Of a stretch of DNA of 64,000 nt, positions 58,632 through 64,000 are shown piece by piece. Every line of letters begins with the position of its first letter. The first letter of the stretch is position 1. Source of the DNA: Nitrososphaerota archaeon (GTDB lineage Archaea; Thermoproteota; EX4484-205; JAAOZP01); contig JAAOZP010000012.1 in the NCBI GenBank assembly GCA_011605725.1, positions 128,001 through 192,000 of the forward strand. Direction: 5' to 3'. Both the position numbers and the translations under genes were made by a program. The notes beneath the pieces were generated by a model, which was not told the origin of the DNA, made no database searches, and was given only the letters and a program-made list of their open reading frames with translations.

Positions 58632-59693
58632 ATGAATGCCAGGGAAAAATTTGTTCAAGCGTTAAGGTTCAAAGAAACATCTGAAATACCTTTTCCATGC
58701 ATGTTCTACAAGTTCCACCCTGAAACTTTGAAAAGATGGCAGAGGGAAGGATTGTCTAAAGACGTGCATCTGATTGAGCATCTCGACCTAGAGAGATGCG
58801 AGCTTATTCCGGTAGACATGGGGCCATTACCGAATTACGAGGCTGTCGGTCTTGAACAGATAGAGGAGTGGAGGCTAGGAGTAGACAGATCATTATCAGC
58901 CTCCTTAACAATCGAGGCGAAAAGAGTTGAAGAAGAGTTTCCCATAAGAAACCCGAGGGATTATGAGAGTTTTAAAAGAATCCTGAATCCAAACTCCCCT
59001 GCTAGGTATCCGAGGTTTTGGGATGATTATGTACGTAGGGTTAAAGAAAGGGATTATCCGCTGGGTGTTTGCTTGGGAAGCCCGCTCAGTTGGCTGGTCG
59101 AATGGATAGGTTTGAAGGGTATTGCCTCCAGTTTAAAAACAGACCCATCCTGGATCATAAGCATCATAGACTACTTGACAAACTTCATCATATCTACAGT
59201 CAAAAGGGCGGTGCACGACTTATCACTCGATTTCGCAATCTTCATCGAGCCTAGGATGTACAGGCTCACGTGTATAGCAGATATCGATTTCATTATTGAT
59301 ATTTGTGAAAAAGCATATGGCCCTATCGTGAGCTGGATCAAGAATACAGATATCGACCTTGTAGGAATCGATTCGCAAGGACATGTGCATGAATTAACTG
59401 ATGCTTGGACCAAGATCGGTATCAACTTCATGTCGATCGAAAGCAGCGGTGGAGGAGACCTTGAATGGATCAGGAAAACCCTGAACAACAGGGTTGCCGT
59501 CATAGGGAACATCGACCGCAGAGTGCTGGCGTGGAGCAAGAGAGATATAATGGATGAGGTCCTTAGGAAAGCATCGTTCTTCAAACAAGGCGGTTACATC
59601 CCTGCTCCAGATGGGATTATACTGCCGGATGTACCTTGGGAGAACTTTACATACTTCATCAAAATCCTTAAACAAACGAGTATTATCGCGTAA
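58632..59693 (+). CDS. Degenerate URO-D family paralog (tandem duplicate)
   Basis: Shares SPARYPxxWDDYVRxVKERDYPLG with the upstream gene; EDMA, DSDG and DHS are replaced by EPRM, DSQG and DGI. Start ATG 58632. Confidence 0.8.
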   Translation: MNAREKFVQALRFKETSEIPFPCMFYKFHPETLKRWQREGLSKDVHLIEHLDLERCELIPVDMGPLPNYEAVGLEQIEEWRLGVDRSLSASLTIEAKRVEEEFPIRNPRDYESFKRILNPNSPARYPRFWDDYVRRVKERDYPLGVCLGSPLSWLVEWIGLKGIASSLKTDPSWIISIIDYLTNFIISTVKRAVHDLSLDFAIFIEPRMYRLTCIADIDFIIDICEKAYGPIVSWIKNTDIDLVGIDSQGHVHELTDAWTKIGINFMSIESSGGGDLEWIRKTLNNRVAVIGNIDRRVLAWSKRDIMDEVLRKASFFKQGGYIPAPDGIILPDVPWENFTYFIKILKQTSIIA

Positions 59694-59891
59694 AACCATT
59701 CGCCAGCGCTTCAAGAATCAGCAATCACGTAAAAACTAATCAGCGTTCTCTTTAGGGATTTAATCGCGAATAATTCTGGAAATCTAAAAACGACTTTCCA
59801 TCGATTCGTTTACAGGAGAAATACCCTTTGCATCTTGTTTGACCCAACGATTCTTTAAATCCTAAAACTTTTTCTACCGACCAGTAGGGGA

Positions 59892-62339
59892 ATGTCTGAA
59901 AAAATGGTTAAGGAAAAAACAAGAATATACGTGATTGGAAACTCGCATATAGACCCAATCTGGTTATGGAGCTGGCAGGAAGGTTATAGAGTTGTAAGAT
60001 CCACTTTCAAAAATGTTTTAGATTTAATGAACGAGTTTAAGTTCTTCGTATTCACAGCCTCCTCCGCAGCTTTCTACGAATGGATTGAGACATGTGAACC
60101 AGAAATGTTCAGCGAGATAGCGAAGAGAATTAGGGAGAAGCGTTGGGCAATCGTTGGGGGATGGATAGTTGAGCCGGATTGCAACATACCTGGTGGAGAG
60201 AGCTTTGTCCGCCATGCCCTATATGGACAGAGATATTTTAAAAAGAAGTTCGGAGTCGCTGCTGTCACAGGCTACAACGTAGATTCCTTCGGGCACAACG
60301 GCATGCTTCCCCAAATCCTGAGCAAATGCGGATTGAAGAACTATGTTTTTATGCGTCCAGGGTTGTTTGAGAACAAAAATATTCCGGAGAATGCCTTCTG
60401 GTGGGAGGGCTACGACGGGTCAAGAGTACTTTGCTACAGGCTTCCTCTACCATATTGTACGGATGGCGGAGACATAACTGACCGAATAGATGAGACGATC
60501 AGAACAGTCAAGCCTCCCTTAAGGGAGGCGATGTGCTTCTACGGCAGGGGAGACCATGGGGGCGGACCAACTAGAGAAAACATATTGAGTATTCTGGCAA
60601 GAAAGATGAGAAATGATGTAGAGATCCTATTCAGTTCTCCAGACGAGTTTTTCAGTGCATTAAGGAGGAGGAAGCTACGGTTGCCAGTTTTTCGCGGCGA
60701 AATGCAGCATCATGCAAGAGGTTGCTACTCGGTTCACTCTGAGGTTAAGAGAAACAATCGTAAGGCAGAAGAATTACTTTGTACGGCTGAGAAGATTGCT
60801 TCCATAGCGTATTTGCTCGCGGGGATAGAATACCCGCAAAAAGAGCTGACTGAAGCTTGGAAAAGCCTGTTGTTCACACAGTTCCACGACGCATTAGGCG
60901 GCACATCAATACCTGAGGCATACGAAGACGTTCGAAACATTCATGGCGAGGTGTTAAACAAAGGGAGTAGGATCCTAAACAGTGCTATTCAAGCCCTAGC
61001 CTCAAAAATAGACACGGAGGGAGAGGGTATTCCTATAATAGTTTTCAACCCGCATTCGTGGGACGTAGCTTTCCCGGTTGAGGTTGAAGATGCCGACGGA
61101 GAGGGTGGCCTGATGGATGAAAAAGGCCAAGCCATACCCTTGCAACGTGTAAAATCTTCGGCGAACGTTGGAGACTGGAGACAGAGAATAGTCTTTATCG
61201 CAGACGTCCCTGCCCTAGGTTACAGGGTATATCGTAACGTTAGCAGTAGGAGCAGCGTGACCCCTGCTTCTGGAGAACTCATAGCTTCAGATAACACTCT
61301 TGAAAACGAGTACATTCGTTTAGAAATCGACTCGACCAACGGCTATATTAAGCGGCTCTACGATAAGAAGAACGGAGTTGAAGTATTCAGCAGAGACTCC
61401 TGCATTCCGGTTGTTGTCGACGACCATAGCGATACCTGGGGCCACGGGGTTGATAGGTTTAGAAACGATATTGGAGCCTTTGGAAACGCTAAGGTAAAGC
61501 TTGTTGAAAACGGGCCGGTGCGCGCCACTATAATGGTTGAAAGCAGCTATAACAAGTCTTTTATTCGCATGTACGTCTCAATATACAGGGGCCTGCCCTA
61601 TGTAGAACTGAAGTTTTCGTTGAACTGGAATGAGCAACATAAAATGCTTAAACTAAGTTTTTCAGTAAATATTGACCAGCCAGTGTTAACCTCCTCGATT
61701 CCATATGGATGGGTTACGCGCTCCCGTAACGGTGAAGAAGAACCGATGTATAAATGGGTGGACATGACTGGGAAGGCAGTAGGCACCAGTGGCGAAAGCA
61801 GAACCTATGGGCTCAGCATATGTAACGATTGTAAATATAGCTATGATGCTAATGGTTCAGAAATACGGATAACAATCCTGCGGAGCCCACCCTACGCGCA
61901 TCATCAGCCGTATAAGCTGGATCCGAAAATAGCCTATAACTATATTGATCAAGGATGGCAAGAATTCAGCCTAATGCTTATACCGCATAACGGCTCATGG
62001 AAAGAAGCACACACCATAAGGCTTTCGGAGGAATTGAACTCTAAACCGATAGTTTTTGTCGAATACTCTCACAAGGGTACCTTGCCCAAATGCTGGTCTT
62101 TGATGAGTGTTAACCGGGATAATGTAATCGTCAGCGTGCTTAAAAAGCATGAGGATTCGGAGAACCTTGTGGCACGTTGCTGTGAAACGAATGGGGAAGA
62201 GACGGAGGCTAGAATCAGCCTGCCCGCTATCGGCAGAAGGTTAAAGATTAGGTTTAAGCCTTTCGAGATAAAGACACTCCTAATACCTAGGGCAACCGGA
62301 AGAGTGAAGGAGCTCGATATGCTTGAATTCTCCCGCTGA
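59892..62339 (+). CDS. GH38 alpha-mannosidase (cytoplasmic)
   Basis: SHIDPIWLW, DSFGH, GDHGGG, QFHDAL. Confidence 0.92.
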   Translation: MSEKMVKEKTRIYVIGNSHIDPIWLWSWQEGYRVVRSTFKNVLDLMNEFKFFVFTASSAAFYEWIETCEPEMFSEIAKRIREKRWAIVGGWIVEPDCNIPGGESFVRHALYGQRYFKKKFGVAAVTGYNVDSFGHNGMLPQILSKCGLKNYVFMRPGLFENKNIPENAFWWEGYDGSRVLCYRLPLPYCTDGGDITDRIDETIRTVKPPLREAMCFYGRGDHGGGPTRENILSILARKMRNDVEILFSSPDEFFSALRRRKLRLPVFRGEMQHHARGCYSVHSEVKRNNRKAEELLCTAEKIASIAYLLAGIEYPQKELTEAWKSLLFTQFHDALGGTSIPEAYEDVRNIHGEVLNKGSRILNSAIQALASKIDTEGEGIPIIVFNPHSWDVAFPVEVEDADGEGGLMDEKGQAIPLQRVKSSANVGDWRQRIVFIADVPALGYRVYRNVSSRSSVTPASGELIASDNTLENEYIRLEIDSTNGYIKRLYDKKNGVEVFSRDSCIPVVVDDHSDTWGHGVDRFRNDIGAFGNAKVKLVENGPVRATIMVESSYNKSFIRMYVSIYRGLPYVELKFSLNWNEQHKMLKLSFSVNIDQPVLTSSIPYGWVTRSRNGEEEPMYKWVDMTGKAVGTSGESRTYGLSICNDCKYSYDANGSEIRITILRSPPYAHHQPYKLDPKIAYNYIDQGWQEFSLMLIPHNGSWKEAHTIRLSEELNSKPIVFVEYSHKGTLPKCWSLMSVNRDNVIVSVLKKHEDSENLVARCCETNGEETEARISLPAIGRRLKIRFKPFEIKTLLIPRATGRVKELDMLEFSR

Positions 62340-62393
62340 AAGTATTCAATATGTTTCACGACTCCAAAGGGCTCAGCATACTCTTAAATAGGC

Positions 62394-63602
62394 TTGATAC
62401 ATCCCACGATAAACATGAGTTTAACCGAGAAACTCACCCTTGAAGAAATAAGGAGGAAAAGACCGAGCAAGTATGCTGGGCTCGAGGAAGGCGTGATAAG
62501 CCTAGGTTTAGCGGAATCTGATTTCGAAATGCCTAAGGAAGTCAAGGAGGCGATGATCAGCGCGATCCTTGAGGGAAGATACCATTACGAGATGGATGGG
62601 GTTGTGGAATTCTTAGAAGCAGCCATGGATAAGCTTTCAAGGTTTAACGGCATTTCCGCCGGCAAAGAGGAAATACTTCCAACAGTCGGAGCTATGAATG
62701 GAATATGGCTAGCCTACAGGATTCTTCTCAAGCCTGGAGACCACGTTATTGTAGTAACTCCAAGCTACCCTGCCCTGATAGGGAGGCCTAAGAGCCTTCA
62801 GGCAGAGGTAACGGAAGCCAAGGTCAGGAAGGATGGACACCTGGATCTTGCTGTCATCGAGAAAGCAGTATCCAGCAGAACCAGGATGATCACTATTTGT
62901 AACCCTAATAACCCTACGGGTACTGTTTACACTAAAGACGAGTTGGAGCAATTAGCAGAGATAGCTATAAGGCATGATCTTTACGTTTTATCCGATGAAC
63001 TCTATGAGAACCTTACTTACGATGGTAGAAAACATGTTAGTATTGCTTCGCTGCCAGGTATGCGGGAACGCGCGATCACTTTATTCGGATTCACGAAAAC
63101 ATACGGCATGTCTGGACTGCGAATAGGCTACGTTGTGGCCGAGAGGGAAATAATTAGAAAGATGAAGGACGAGAATACAGGAATAGTTATTCATCCAGGC
63201 ACAGTTGAACAGATAGGGGCTGCTGCAGCCCTCAAGAAGTGCGACTACTATATTGATTTTTTAAAGAACTACTTAGAGAAGGTTCGAAACAGATTAGTAG
63301 CTATGCTGAGCGAAACCCCGGGAGTAACTATTTCGCCGCCTGAGGGTGCTTTCTTCGCCTTTCCAAATCTGATTCCCCTATTTGAAAACGATAAGGATGC
63401 GGTGGAATATCTTTTGAAAGAGGCACGGGTACTGGTTCACGGAGGAAGCGGCTTTGGGGAGGGCGGCGCTGGACATGTGAGAATAAACTTTTGCTCACCA
63501 TTGGAAATAATTGAGGAAGCGGCCAATAGGATCCGGAGTGCTTTGATTAAAAGACATGATGCTATTGGTTTGAAAAATAAAAGTTTAGGAAATATTGTCT
63601 GA
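62394..63602 (+). CDS. Class I/II PLP aminotransferase (AspC/MalY-like)
   Basis: CNPNNPTG, SDELY, GFTKTYGMSGLRIG, RINF. Likely start 62415. Confidence 0.9.
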   Translation: MIHPTINMSLTEKLTLEEIRRKRPSKYAGLEEGVISLGLAESDFEMPKEVKEAMISAILEGRYHYEMDGVVEFLEAAMDKLSRFNGISAGKEEILPTVGAMNGIWLAYRILLKPGDHVIVVTPSYPALIGRPKSLQAEVTEAKVRKDGHLDLAVIEKAVSSRTRMITICNPNNPTGTVYTKDELEQLAEIAIRHDLYVLSDELYENLTYDGRKHVSIASLPGMRERAITLFGFTKTYGMSGLRIGYVVAEREIIRKMKDENTGIVIHPGTVEQIGAAAALKKCDYYIDFLKNYLEKVRNRLVAMLSETPGVTISPPEGAFFAFPNLIPLFENDKDAVEYLLKEARVLVHGGSGFGEGGAGHVRINFCSPLEIIEEAANRIRSALIKRHDAIGLKNKSLGNIV

Positions 63603-63962
63603 GAAGTCGAACTCTATTTTTCCATACTCCATTGTCGTCGTGCTGACGACTATCTTGTGAAGCCCTGGCTGCAGGCCCCCGGGCTTTTCAACAGTGAATT
63701 TAATTCTATCTCCGACAGTAAAGAGGGTTGGAGTCTTGGCGAACTCCTCTGCCTTCACCACCACGTCGCCTTTCTCTATAGTTATTTTCTCCAGAGGAAT
63801 CTCCTCACCGTCTACTGTAAGCCTGAAACCTCCTTCAATAGTACCCGACCCAAGCCTGTTTAAAAGGGAGAAACTGAAGCCAAGCACGTTTCCTTTTTCG
63901 TCGACAACATTTTTCAAAGACCCCTTTTCGTACAGCTGTCTCAACATGAATGCGGGAATCAT
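63585..63962 (-). CDS. Small beta-sandwich hypothetical protein
   Basis: 125 aa: LYEKGSLKN...GFSF...VDGE...KPGGLQPGLHKI; upstream TATA-like TTTATAT near 63989-63995. Confidence 0.75.
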   Translation of the reverse strand: MIPAFMLRQLYEKGSLKNVVDEKGNVLGFSFSLLNRLGSGTIEGGFRLTVDGEEIPLEKITIEKGDVVVKAEEFAKTPTLFTVGDRIKFTVEKPGGLQPGLHKIVVSTTTMEYGKIEFDFSDNIS

Positions 63963-64000
63963 TTCGATTAGAATAAGCCTTTACATCAATATAAAGTTTT

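Noticed and set aside
1-64000. CRISPR arrays, tRNA/rRNA, IS elements, integrases, C/D box sRNAs
   Set aside because: No regularly spaced repeats, T-loop motifs, transposase ORFs or convincing C/D box pairs were seen by eye; a covariance-model scan would be needed to exclude small RNAs.

Overview
Gene-dense archaeal chromosome segment, probably from a TACK-lineage anaerobic, sugar-fermenting thermophile such as Brockarchaeota or Bathyarchaeia; the taxonomy is inferred, not shown. Archaeal origin is supported by TATA boxes about 23-25 nt before start codons, frequent TTG/GTG starts, an archaeal-type ThyA, a DUF2208-like gene and an archaeal PAPS-reductase-family/ferredoxin fusion. About 50 CDSs are dominated by carbohydrate uptake and catabolism: an Opp/Dpp-type ABC importer, GH127, GH31, GH38, GH57, a heparinase II/III-like protein, uronate isomerase, rhamnulokinase, fucose/arabinose isomerase, a single-chain transketolase and pta. 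There is also a glycogen-type cluster and an amine/amide-metabolism cluster. The best candidates for undescribed biology are: (1) a three-gene operon of a galactokinase-like kinase whose sugar motif is altered from GEHxDY to GRHVDH (suggesting a uronate substrate), a 777-aa insertion-expanded GlmU-like nucleotidyltransferase and an NDP-sugar dehydrogenase, converging on a uronate isomerase; (2) five URO-D/MtaA-CmuA-family paralogs with systematically different metal-ligand motifs scattered among sugar genes, one a pseudogene with three lesions; (3) repeated pairs of an intact enzyme and a degenerate paralog. No rRNA, tRNA, CRISPR array, transposase or integrase was recognised by eye. All family calls come from motif recognition, not database searches.
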